Shown here in pieces: positions 1-8,797 of a stretch of 64,000 nucleotides of DNA (the stretch's first letter is position 1; every line of letters starts with the position of its first letter). Below the pieces are notes generated by a model. It did not search any database, was not told where the DNA came from, and saw only the letters and a program-made list of their open reading frames with translations. Source of the stretch: Terriglobia bacterium (GTDB lineage Bacteria; Acidobacteriota; Terriglobia; 2-12-FULL-54-10); the NCBI GenBank assembly GCA_963666975.2, contig CAXVYR010000004.1:800001-864000 (forward strand), read 5' to 3'. Made by a program: the position numbers and the translations under genes.

Positions 1-220
1 GCCAAAACATCTTGTTACACGTTCGGATGAGGTGATGAGCGGCGCCGTCGTGTTTGCGGGCACTCGGGTGCCGGTGCAAACGCTTCTCGACTACCTCGAA
101 GAAGGGGATACGCTCGATCATTTCTTGGAGGACTTTCCGACGGTGAGTCGCGAGCACGCGGTCGCTGTTCTGGAGTTGGCCAAGGAATCGGTATTCACGC
201 ATGCGGGTTCTTCTGGATGA
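1..220 (+). CDS. DUF433-family antitoxin (5' end runs off window edge)
   Basis: Frame is open from position 2 (PKHLVTRSDEVMSGAVVFAGTRVPVQTLLDYLEEG...FLEDFPTV), a typical DUF433 motif. Overlaps a PIN-like gene. Confidence 0.85.
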   Translation, partial: PKHLVTRSDEVMSGAVVFAGTRVPVQTLLDYLEEGDTLDHFLEDFPTVSREHAVAVLELAKESVFTHAGSSG

Positions 221-335
221 GCGTGTCCCGCGCCGGTTACGCCGGGAGTTCCCACGGCACGAGGTTCGAACGGTTCCAGAGGCGGGGTGGTCCTCGTTGA
301 AGAATGGCGATCTTCTCGCCGCCGCCTCCGGCACT
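201..335 (+). pseudogene. Truncated DUF5615/PIN-like toxin
   Basis: MRVLLDE...EVRTVPEAGWSSLKNGDLL matches the N-half of the intact paralog at 662-982. Similarity is lost after ~aa 44, where the sequence runs into an attC right-arm-like segment. Confidence 0.7.
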
Positions 336-339
336 GACG

Positions 340-414
340 CGCGTGCAGTGGTTCCCTCGGCTCGCAAAGAACGCTCGCCTCAGCGTTGGTCATCGCCCAG
401 TCCGTTAGACGCCA
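340..414 (+). other. Partial attC site (right arm with core site GTTAGAC at 404-410)
   Basis: GTTRRRY core. 404-414 GTTAGACGCCA is the exact reverse complement of 973-983 TGGCGTCTAAC at the end of the following TA cassette. Confidence 0.7.
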
Positions 415-452
415 CCCTTGCCCAAGCAAGGCTGCTAAGATAGGCTTTTGTC

Positions 453-665
453 ATGAACGAATCCGTGATTACAAACTCTCCACAAGTGATGGGAGGTGCT
501 CCTGTCTTTGCCAACACGCGGGTTCCTGTGCAAACGCTTTTCGACTATCTCGAAGCGGGTGACACAATCGACGAATTTCTTGAGGGCTTCCCAACCGTTT
601 CTAGAGAGCAAGTGATTGCCTTTCTTGAGGAAGCCAAGACCCGGATGCTGACCGAGGCCCGGTGA
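453..665 (+). CDS. DUF433-family antitoxin
   Basis: SPQVMGGAPVFANTRVPVQTLFDYLEAG...FPTV motif; GTGA overlap with the downstream toxin. Confidence 0.9.
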   Translation: MNESVITNSPQVMGGAPVFANTRVPVQTLFDYLEAGDTIDEFLEGFPTVSREQVIAFLEEAKTRMLTEAR

Positions 666-982
666 GAGTGCTCCTGGACGAATGCGTCGATCATCGCTTG
701 GCGCGGGACCTGGCGAACCATGAAGTGAGCACGGTGGCTCGAATGGGTTGGCGAGGCAAGGAGAATGGAGAGCTTCTTGGTCTGGCTGCAACGCAATTCG
801 ACGTTTTCCTGACGACTGACCGCAATCTTTCGTTTCAGCAGAATGTGGAGCACTTCGACTTGGCTGTAATTGTGTTAAACACGCGCAGTAACCGCCTCAG
901 CGATCTTCGCCGTTTGGTACCCGAGTTACTTAAGGTCTTACCATTCGTGCAGCGTGGCCAGACCCGACACGTTGGCGTCTAA
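662..982 (+). CDS. DUF5615-family PIN-like toxin
   Basis: MRVLLDEC...GW.G..NGELL...FDVFLTTDRNL..QQN motif; paired with DUF433; the stop codon lies within the inverse core GTCTAAC. Confidence 0.88.
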   Translation: MRVLLDECVDHRLARDLANHEVSTVARMGWRGKENGELLGLAATQFDVFLTTDRNLSFQQNVEHFDLAVIVLNTRSNRLSDLRRLVPELLKVLPFVQRGQTRHVGV

Positions 983-1081
983 CACGGCGTTGCAGCAAGT
1001 CCACTCTTTCTGGAAGGTGCTCTTGTAGAGGAAGCGCAGGGCGGCGAAGCCGGCTCGCGACTGAGCGCCGGGGCCTTAGCG
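977..1081 (+). other. Degenerate attC site
   Basis: Begins GTCTAAC-N5-GTTGCAGC (R''/L''-like) and ends CTGAGCGCCGGGGCCTTAGCG (L'/R'-like, with GTT changed to CTT). Length ~105 bp. Confidence 0.55.
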
Positions 1082-1276
1082 TGCGAACTGATCCACACCG
1101 CGCGTGGGGGTGCCTGTAATCAGAGCCGCGCCTGTCCCGAGCCATGCCCCGAGCGGAGTCGAGGGGGCAGTCGAGGGAACAGTAATGGAGCGGTTTCGTA
1201 GCCACCGCCCGCCACGGCGGTTTAGGCGGGTCGGCCAAGCAAGAGTTAGGCGACCAAGAATCCGGGAGGCCTTGCA

Positions 1277-1804
1277 ATGGGTATCCACTATGAAAACTTA
1301 GACGAGACGACCCGAAAGTACATGCTTGACGAATCGCATCTCGGCGGGCATTACATCAGCCCACGTCTTACAGAGCAAGGCCAAACCTCATGGCAAGCTC
1401 TACTTGAAGAAGCCATCCTCACGCACAACGATGATTGGCTTACCGAGGAACTTCTTCGGCGAGGATTCGTCCGTTCCCAAGAGCCCTACACGCGTTCTGG
1501 GGTCACCCGCGAACGTAGAGTAAACCAACCGCACGCGGCGCAGCAACGCGCCGAAGGCGAGTTCAACCGGTACTATCTCCGGGGGCTATGCATGCGTGCG
1601 AAAGAATCGGGCGTCACGACTCTTGTGATCTACCGCGGCAAGCAGGTCAGCCAGCCACGTCCAGAATCCGAAGCCAAGATCGGTTCGCATATTGCTCGCG
1701 ACCTCCTTCTTGACACGCTTCGCACGAACGACTTTGTAACGATCGAAGATGCGATAGGTGTTCCCGGTGGTCCTAACTCCGGATTGACTGCCCGCTTGCC
1801 GTAG
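1277..1804 (+). CDS. Hypothetical protein in an integron gene cassette
   Basis: 175-aa ORF with GGAGG RBS, bounded by GTTAGGCGAC (1245-1254) and GTCGTCTAAC (1806-1815). Confidence 0.8.
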   Translation: MGIHYENLDETTRKYMLDESHLGGHYISPRLTEQGQTSWQALLEEAILTHNDDWLTEELLRRGFVRSQEPYTRSGVTRERRVNQPHAAQQRAEGEFNRYYLRGLCMRAKESGVTTLVIYRGKQVSQPRPESEAKIGSHIARDLLLDTLRTNDFVTIEDAIGVPGGPNSGLTARLP

Positions 1805-1838
1805 AGTCGTCTAACCAACCGCTGCAGGGCGTGGACCT

Positions 1839-1960
1839 ATGAGGTTAGAAGACGTTCCCGGTCGAGTCTTTCTGGACAGCTGCGTCGTGAACTTCATTCT
1901 CGACTATGGCGAACAGATTCACGACGGCGTTTCGCCTACGTCGGGTCTCGGCGACAGGGC
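1839..1960 (+). pseudogene. 5' fragment of a PIN-domain-like gene
   Basis: MRLEDVPGRVFLDSCVVNFILDY resembles a PIN N-terminal strand-Asp motif; the frame then runs antisense into the glycosyltransferase. Confidence 0.4.
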
Positions 1961-4479
1961 GCGCGCGGCTCGGAATCGGTTTTGGAGGCCACCAATTCAC
2001 AATAGACCTGATCGAGCTTCCGGCCGACAACCTGCCAATCGTAGACGGTTTCCACCAGCCGGTGCGCCTGCGCCGCCATGGCAGCGGCAGCTTCCGAGTG
2101 CTCCAGCAGATGCAGCGTTGCGGCGGCGAATTCCTCCGGCGAGTCGGCCAGCATAATATCGGCGCCATGCGTCGCCCCGAGCCCCTCCGCTCCGATGGAG
2201 GTGGAGACTACGGGGATGCCGCTCGAGAACGCTTCCAATATCTTCACACGAATCCCGGCCCCTACCAGGATGGGACAAACGAAGACGGCGTGCTGGGAGA
2301 GCGGCTCGCGAACGTCGGGGACCTTTCCCAGCAAGCGAATTCCTTCTCCCAAAAACATCCGCTCGATCTCCGGCAGCGCCTGAGCCCCCACTGCGTTGAG
2401 GGTCGCCTGCGGCCGGCGCGCGCGGATGAGCGGCAGAACCTTGCGGCAGAAATACTTCAGCCCCTCGACGTTGGGCGTATGCTGAAAGTTTCCGACAAAC
2501 AAAAGGGAGTCGGGCTTTCGGGGGCCGCCGGGATACGGATAGTTGGATACATCAATGCCGGTACGCAAGCCGGAGATGATCTGTGGCCGCCTGCCGTTGA
2601 GGAACGACTCCAGAAGCCGCCGTTCCTCGTCGTGGCAGGTGAAGACGGCGTCAAACTTCCCAGCCGCTTCCACCTCAAAGCGCATGGCGCGCAGCCACTC
2701 CAGAAATTCCCGTGCCTTGACCAGCGGCCCGTCCTTCCGGGTCAGCAATTCCCGCCGGACCGCCTGAAAATAGACGTTATGCTCGAACAGACACTGGCTC
2801 GTATGCTCCAGCGGCAGGTGATATTGGGCCATCTGTGTATATTCGAACTGGATGAGGTCAATGTCGTACAGGAAAACCATCTTTTCGAGCATCTCGGTGA
2901 ATCGAGGGTCCTGAAACGCCATCTCCGCTTGCGAGTGGATACTGAAACGGCGTCGCGGCGGCTGCCGCCGCACGATGGTTTCCACCTTCCGCGCCGTCCC
3001 TTCAAGAGAGCGGTTGGATTCCACTTCCTCCTCGCTATCGACGAAAGTGAGCACGTAGAAGTTGTGCCGCCGGGCCAGTTGCTGAATGGCTTGCAGCATG
3101 AGAACTGCGCCGCCGTGCAAGGGAGGGTAAATGGAGTAGGGAGAGACGAAAAGGATGTTCAGCGGCCTGCCCGGGGAAGGCGGGGATTCTTTTGCGGGAG
3201 CGTTGGTTTCTCCGAAGCGTTCACCAGAATGTTTGTCAGGGCCGGCAGAACCGTCCTGCGGTTTCCCGGTTTTCGGGGTTGCCGGCCGGGGAGTGAAGAC
3301 GTCGCGGAAAACCGCGGGCCGGTTGCGCTGGAAAACAGCCCTGTCGTCCACGCGGGCGCGGGACAGCGCGCGGCTGCGGGACCGCAAGGCTCCAGGCACG
3401 TTCCGGAGCGCCAGCAAGAAGGCTCCGATCGAAGTCCGTGTTTCGCTCTCCCAGCCCAGGCTGTGCAAGATCATCTGGCCATATAGATAAAAGAAATGCG
3501 CCGCCAGCCACCGCCAGCGGTGGATGTTCTTCCAGACCATCAGCACATAATTTTTTTGCAAATAGATGCGGATGGCCTCCGGAGAGAAATGCTTGCCGAT
3601 GGTTCCGCGATGCTCGTGATAAAGGTGGCTGCCCGGCTGGTAGAGAATTTTCCATCCTCTCCGCCATGCGCCGTAGGAGAGATCGGTGTCTTCCAGGTAG
3701 AAAGGCTCAAAGAGCGGGTCAAACCCGCCCATCTCCAGAAATTTTTCCCGGTCATAGGCTGTGGAGCCGCCTCCGGCGTAGAGGGCAGGAAAAGGCACTG
3801 TAATGCTTTCGTCGATTTTATGGCTGACTCGCAGAAAGCCTTTCTCAAATTTTCCCACGGTCAAGCCTGTCTCCTCGCGCCGCCTGTGGGGATCGGAGAA
3901 AAAGATCTGAGCCGAAACGGCGAAGACGGACTCGTCGGTGAAACCTTCGAGCAGAGAAGACAGGAAGCGGGGTGTCGCCCGCATGTCATTGTTGAGCAGG
4001 ACAACGATCCGGTGGTGCGCCGCCCGGACGCCGGCGTTGGAGCCGCCCCCGAAACCCAGGTTGCGCTCCATTTGCAGCACGCGCACCTGCGGGAAGTGGA
4101 GGCGGAGAAACTCCGCGCTGCCGTCGGTGCTGGCATTGTCCACCACGATTACCTCGTCCCCGGCCGTGCAGGCTTCGACAACGCTCGGAAGATATTTTTC
4201 GAGCAGCTCTCTGCCGTTCCAGTTGGGGATGACAAGGCTGGCATTCCGCGGGGGCTGGAAGGACAGGCCGGCGGGCAGTGAGTCCTTGTTTTCTTCTGCG
4301 TTTTTCCCGGCGCTTTCTGCCGCTGGGGAGGGATTCGATAGCTGCTCAGGCGATATGCTGCGGAACAGGGCCTTCAGGCGGGAGGGCAGATCGCTGCACA
4401 GCAAGGCCACAGCCACCAGGGCCATGATCCCTGGGGTCATGCAGAGAAAAACTGCTTTTCCAATTTTTCTAATCATCAA
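1936..4479 (-). CDS. Two-domain glycosyltransferase (GT2 + GT4)
   Basis: N-half has SLVIPNWNG, VVDNASTDGS, LLNND and YLEDTD (GT2). C-half has LFVGNF and GIRVKILEAFSSGIPVVST (GT4). Exact start uncertain. Confidence 0.9.
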   Translation of the reverse strand: MMIRKIGKAVFLCMTPGIMALVAVALLCSDLPSRLKALFRSISPEQLSNPSPAAESAGKNAEENKDSLPAGLSFQPPRNASLVIPNWNGRELLEKYLPSVVEACTAGDEVIVVDNASTDGSAEFLRLHFPQVRVLQMERNLGFGGGSNAGVRAAHHRIVVLLNNDMRATPRFLSSLLEGFTDESVFAVSAQIFFSDPHRRREETGLTVGKFEKGFLRVSHKIDESITVPFPALYAGGGSTAYDREKFLEMGGFDPLFEPFYLEDTDLSYGAWRRGWKILYQPGSHLYHEHRGTIGKHFSPEAIRIYLQKNYVLMVWKNIHRWRWLAAHFFYLYGQMILHSLGWESETRTSIGAFLLALRNVPGALRSRSRALSRARVDDRAVFQRNRPAVFRDVFTPRPATPKTGKPQDGSAGPDKHSGERFGETNAPAKESPPSPGRPLNILFVSPYSIYPPLHGGAVLMLQAIQQLARRHNFYVLTFVDSEEEVESNRSLEGTARKVETIVRRQPPRRRFSIHSQAEMAFQDPRFTEMLEKMVFLYDIDLIQFEYTQMAQYHLPLEHTSQCLFEHNVYFQAVRRELLTRKDGPLVKAREFLEWLRAMRFEVEAAGKFDAVFTCHDEERRLLESFLNGRRPQIISGLRTGIDVSNYPYPGGPRKPDSLLFVGNFQHTPNVEGLKYFCRKVLPLIRARRPQATLNAVGAQALPEIERMFLGEGIRLLGKVPDVREPLSQHAVFVCPILVGAGIRVKILEAFSSGIPVVSTSIGAEGLGATHGADIMLADSPEEFAAATLHLLEHSEAAAAMAAQAHRLVETVYDWQVVGRKLDQVYCELVASKTDSEPRAPCRRDPT

Positions 4480-4503
4480 TAATTTGCAAGCGTCAGGCGT
4501 CAG

Positions 4504-5724
4504 TCATGCATCATCCGGCTTGACCGCCTGTGGCGGTTTTTGGTCGGAGGCGGGGATCGGACTCAACCGCAGGTTCTTGCCGATGCGGTACCACAAAGAG
4601 CCGTACAAAAGCCGGAGTTCCTCCCGGCGTTGCTCCAGCTCCTTATTTAAATTCAAGGCCCAAGCCGTGCGTTCCTCGAATTCTTGCTGGAGTTTCTGGA
4701 GCGCCGCTCGAGCCTGTTCCACCTCTTGCTGGAGACTCAACGCCCACTGCACCTTGCTGTGATGGTCAGCCTGCAACTGGACGATGTAATCGGCTTTTAC
4801 GGAAAGCTGCCGGTCCAGCTCGCGGGCCCACTGGGTGCGTTCCTCAAGCAACTGCTCCAACTTTTGCGCTTGCTGCTGAGCCTCGCCCACTTGTGTCCTT
4901 GCTTGAGCTAGATGCTCCTGCAGGAGATGGATGTGAATTTCCCTTTCGCGCAGTACGTTGCCCGTGGAGGGCAAGTACAGCAGGGGGCGAGTTGGGTCCA
5001 ATGGGCGGCTGGAGCAGAGCGCGACAAAAAAGTGCGCTGCCTTTTCCCTCTTTTCTTTTCTCTCTTTGCTGCCGGCTACAGAGTCCTTTTCCTCTTCTGC
5101 TTCTGCTTCCTCTTCCGCCTGGAGAATGGAATCTGCGGAGTGCTCCTGGAAGTTCGCTTCCGCATCCGGCCCGGACACCATCAGGCCGGCCACATGGTTC
5201 TCAAACAAAATGGCGCGGTGAGGGAAAAGCGGTTTCAGGGTTTCTTCCAACTCCGCAAAAGAGAACTCGCGAACGTGAAAGGGATTGACCTCGTCGCGCT
5301 CCTCGGTGTAATAGAGCCGGTTGGGGGTCGAGAGCACCAGCAATCCCGCCGGGTGAAGCACCCGCTGCAACTCGCTCAGGAAAGCCTCCGGGTCCTCCAG
5401 ATGCTCGATGATTTCAAAAGCAGTCACCAAATGAAATTGTCCGGAAGGGAAGGGAAGGGTCAGGCAGTTGGATTGAGCAAAATGGACCTTCGGCGATCCA
5501 TAATGGCGGCGGGCATGGCTTGCCGCCTCTGCGGAAAGGTCCACGCCAAATACCGCCGCGGCTTTTTCTCCCAGCAGGGCGGCTCCATATCCGGCGCCGC
5601 AAGCGACGTCCAGGACAGTTTTTCCCGCAGAGAATCTCTGCGCAAACAAGTACCGGGCGCGGTGCTCGTTGAGCAGGTCCGCATCCCCTTCTTCCGGGAT
5701 CACGCGTTCTCCAGTGAACTTCAC
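4504..5724 (-). CDS. SAM-dependent methyltransferase with C-terminal coiled coil (WbdD-like glycan terminator candidate)
   Basis: FTGER...HRARY...VLDVACGAGYG motif and a long Q/E/L-rich heptad region; GTG start overlaps the wzt stop (GTGA). Confidence 0.85.
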   Translation of the reverse strand: MKFTGERVIPEEGDADLLNEHRARYLFAQRFSAGKTVLDVACGAGYGAALLGEKAAAVFGVDLSAEAASHARRHYGSPKVHFAQSNCLTLPFPSGQFHLVTAFEIIEHLEDPEAFLSELQRVLHPAGLLVLSTPNRLYYTEERDEVNPFHVREFSFAELEETLKPLFPHRAILFENHVAGLMVSGPDAEANFQEHSADSILQAEEEAEAEEEKDSVAGSKERKEKREKAAHFFVALCSSRPLDPTRPLLYLPSTGNVLREREIHIHLLQEHLAQARTQVGEAQQQAQKLEQLLEERTQWARELDRQLSVKADYIVQLQADHHSKVQWALSLQQEVEQARAALQKLQQEFEERTAWALNLNKELEQRREELRLLYGSLWYRIGKNLRLSPIPASDQKPPQAVKPDDA

Positions 5725-7037
5725 GGCAGGCTTCCTTCTACCTGGACGCGGCCTTTGGTGACGGCGTTGACATGGATCCGGCACGGGAAATGAAAATAAC
5801 CGTAGATATGGCGCCCCTTTTCGGCCTGCAAGGTGACGGCATTATCAATCCAGTCGCACACTTGGTAGTCTTCCAGCGTTCCGTTGGAGATGGCAGGCGT
5901 GAAGGAGAAGTGGGCCGGATAGAGCTCCGAGAGCTGGAAGTGGAAGTCGATGGTATACACATCACCGGGGTTCAGCGCCGGCAGGTCGGTCTCTTCAAGA
6001 GCTGTATTGCTTCCCGCCAGTTCCACTCCCAAATGGTTGCGGATCAGGATTCCAACGATCGGCAGGGCGACCTCTGCCTGCGCGCGCAGACTGAGGCGGA
6101 CGATGATGCCCTCCTTTTGCGGAAGCAAAGCCAGCGGCTCGCCATTCTCGTTGAGCACGGCAATGCCCAGAATTTCCGCGTCGCGGTTGCCGTACCGGTG
6201 GTCAATGTTTGGAATTTTTTCGACCACCTCCGGCGCGACTACCGGCGGCGGAGCGGGGACGTCTTCGCCGATGGCCTGCCGAGCCGACTCCTTCCGGTAG
6301 CGGGAGTCCTTGTTCACCATGGCGGCCATATATTTTGCGACGACCCGGTCGGGCTCTCCGCACTCGGCCAACTCGCCTCGGTCCAGCCAGGCCGTCTTCT
6401 GCGCCAGGCTTTTGATATCCGCCGGGCTGTGGGAGACGAAGATGATGGTCACGCCGCAGCGGTGCAGTTCATGGATCTTGCGCATGCACCGCTGGCGAAA
6501 GTAAATGTCCCCCACCGCCAGCGCTTCGTCCACCAGCAGGATGTCCGGCTCGACATTGATTGCCACGGCAAAGGCTAGGCGAACCATCATGCCGCTCGAA
6601 TACGTCTTCACCGGCTGGTGGATGAATTCGCCGATCTCGGCAAAGCCTTCGATGGCCGGGAAGAGCCGCTCGATCTCCTTGTTGCTCAGGCCCAGGATCG
6701 CTCCATTCAGGAAAACGTTTTCCCGCCCGGTGAATTCGCCGTTGAATCCAGATCCCAGCTCCAGCAGCGCGGAGACGCGTCCCTCCACCTCCACCGTGCC
6801 GGTCGTAGGCGTCAGAATGCCCGCGATCAACTGCAACAGGGTGCTCTTGCCGGAGCCGTTTTCCCCCACCACGCCGAACGTGGTGCCTTTCTCGATTTCC
6901 AGCGAGACGTCCCGCAAAGCCCAAAAATCGCGATGGAAGCAGCGCCGGTTGAAGCTCAGCAGTTCCTTGAGGCGGTCTGAGGGGTTCGCATAGATCGGGT
7001 AGCTTTTCGACAAGCCTCGGATGTGAACAGCCCCCAT
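5721..7037 (-). CDS. wzt: Polysaccharide ABC exporter ATPase with Wzt C-terminal domain
   Basis: Walker A GENGSGKST, signature YSSGMMVRLAF, LLVDE, plus a C-terminal extension of ~190 aa. Confidence 0.93.
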   Translation of the reverse strand: MGAVHIRGLSKSYPIYANPSDRLKELLSFNRRCFHRDFWALRDVSLEIEKGTTFGVVGENGSGKSTLLQLIAGILTPTTGTVEVEGRVSALLELGSGFNGEFTGRENVFLNGAILGLSNKEIERLFPAIEGFAEIGEFIHQPVKTYSSGMMVRLAFAVAINVEPDILLVDEALAVGDIYFRQRCMRKIHELHRCGVTIIFVSHSPADIKSLAQKTAWLDRGELAECGEPDRVVAKYMAAMVNKDSRYRKESARQAIGEDVPAPPPVVAPEVVEKIPNIDHRYGNRDAEILGIAVLNENGEPLALLPQKEGIIVRLSLRAQAEVALPIVGILIRNHLGVELAGSNTALEETDLPALNPGDVYTIDFHFQLSELYPAHFSFTPAISNGTLEDYQVCDWIDNAVTLQAEKGRHIYGYFHFPCRIHVNAVTKGRVQVEGSLP

Positions 7038-7861
7038 TACAGCACGTCTCCAAAGGCCCTTTTGCTATGACGGAAAAATACTCCTCCCGCGATGAAGGTG
7101 GCCAGCGAGATGGCCGTCAGCAGCGCCAGGTCCATGCCCGAGGGCCAGGTCTCGAGCAGGATGCAACTGCGGTAAGCGCCGACCACTGCGGCGATAGGAT
7201 TGATCCGGGCCAGAAATTGGAGTTGGGAAGGCAGGCGGTCTGCGGTGAAAAAGATGGGCGTGAACCAAAACCAGAAGGTGAGCACAACCGTCAGCACCTG
7301 CGCGATGTCCCGGAGAAAAACATTTAAGCTCGATACCAGCCAGCTGATACCCAGCGTGAAGAGTCCCAGCAGAAGAATGTAGAGCGGCAACAGCACCAGA
7401 AAGACGCTGAGCTTTTGGGTCACCCCCAGCACCACCGCCAGCAGGATCACCATCCCCAGCAGGTGGTTCAGCACGTTCGACAGAAAAATGGCGATCGGGA
7501 TCAACTCGGCGGGAAAGACCGACTTGGTGATCAGGTTGGAGTAATCCACCATGGAGTTAGCCGAGCGCTGCACGGTTTCCTGAAACAGCAGCCAGGGCAG
7601 CAATCCGGCAAACAGGAAGATGGCAAAGTTGGAGGTTCCGGCCTCCGGCCCGAGCCGAACCCGGAAGACTACGGAAAAAACAAAGGTGTAACAGGCCAGC
7701 AGAACCAGCGGTTGAATCAGTCCCCAGAGCCAGCCCATGGAGGAGCCGATGTAGCGTTGTTTGAAGTCGCGGACCACCAGGTTCAGGATCAGCCCGCGTC
7801 GCCGCGCCAAGTTGAGCAGGAAAGTTGAGGCAATTTGCGAAGAGCCGGCCACCAGCGTCAT
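7037..7861 (-). CDS. wzm: Polysaccharide ABC exporter permease
   Basis: RDFKQRYIGSSMGWLW, six hydrophobic segments, RDIAQ, TPIFF, INP; translationally coupled to wzt. Confidence 0.93.
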   Translation of the reverse strand: MTLVAGSSQIASTFLLNLARRRGLILNLVVRDFKQRYIGSSMGWLWGLIQPLVLLACYTFVFSVVFRVRLGPEAGTSNFAIFLFAGLLPWLLFQETVQRSANSMVDYSNLITKSVFPAELIPIAIFLSNVLNHLLGMVILLAVVLGVTQKLSVFLVLLPLYILLLGLFTLGISWLVSSLNVFLRDIAQVLTVVLTFWFWFTPIFFTADRLPSQLQFLARINPIAAVVGAYRSCILLETWPSGMDLALLTAISLATFIAGGVFFRHSKRAFGDVL

Positions 7862-7930
7862 CGTTCGATCTCCCGCGAAGAGTTTCGCTTAGCCTTTTTA
7901 GCCTGCAATTGCCATCCCCGTCAATAGCAA

Positions 7931-8127
7931 GGTAGTGGGTCAGTTTCCGTTCGGCACAGCGTCACACGATTTGTCAGGGCACGGTTTTAACCGCGCCGTT
8001 AGATGGCCGTCTCCAGAAGGGCTTTAGCCCCTGAGGGAAATCAACCTCAGCGGCTAAAGCCGCTTTTGGGCACCTCGTTATCGGCACGGTTAAAACCGTG
8101 CCCTGACGTTGAAACTAACCCGCTACC
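7931..8127. mobile_element. MITE with 17-bp terminal inverted repeats, 9-bp target duplication and nested REP-like hairpins
   Basis: TIRs GGTAGTGGGTCAGTTTC / GAAACTAACCCGCTACC (15/17); CAATAGCAA at both 7922-7930 and 8128-8136; internal inverted repeats 7973-7998/8082-8107 and 8020-8036/8045-8061. Confidence 0.85.
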
Positions 8128-8409
8128 CAATAGCAAGGAGTTCAGGGACTTTTCCCGGCAACATCTTCTGGAATGCAACCTCGTTTGGAATGCACGTTTT
8201 TCAGGCGCGATCCGGGTGAGGGGGTCGCATGAGCTGTTCGCGACAGTTATCGAAGAACTCGTTTCCAGGCGACAGTTTCCGATAAATCGACTTTTCGGGA
8301 TGAGGGGTAGCCAGGGTGAGCGCTTTTTTTCGCCGTGGGTTTTTCCCGAATTTACAAACCCACGGCAAATGGGAACTGCCAATTTACCGTGGCTACCAAC
8401 GGTTGACCG

Positions 8410-8676
8410 GTGGAGGCGCTGATCAGCACGCTGCTCGAAGCCGAATCCATTGCGTATTCGGCCAGCGTCAGCGGCACTTATCTTTCCACCGAGATGTTTC
8501 CGCGCCTCGGGATCGCCGACCAGATCAAGGAAAAGAGCAAGAGAATCCAAAGCGAGCGAGTCGGCGTCGGAGCCAAAGACACGGACGCGGCCAGAGCGCT
8601 CATCCAATTCCTGTCGTCGCCGGCCGCCGTCCCCGCCATCACGAAAAACGGCCTGGAGCCGGTGACATCCCAGTGA
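8410..8676 (+). pseudogene. Remnant of a ModA-like ABC substrate-binding protein
   Basis: TLLEAESIAYSASVSGTYL..LGIADQIK is joined directly to a C-terminal AARALIQFLSSPAA..I.K.GLEP. The N-terminus and middle are missing. Confidence 0.6.
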
Positions 8677-8797
8677 CATTTCCCCGCGACATCTCCCCGT
8701 GACATCTCAGTGAAGCGCTGCCTGACAACCTCATGCAGTTGGCTCATGCAGCCGACGGCTGCGGTGCTGATTACGAGCAGGGATGCCGCCATGCTAC

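Noticed and set aside
1906-3486. 526-aa plus-strand ORF, and similar long antisense ORFs (e.g. 10922-12358, 22402-24042, 55741-57600, 60334-62067)
   Set aside because: These are shadows of well-supported genes on the opposite strand in GC-rich DNA and have no family motifs.
8003-8422. ORF containing PQRLKP...ARLKPCPD
   Set aside because: It is a translation of the palindromic MITE/REP element, not a gene.
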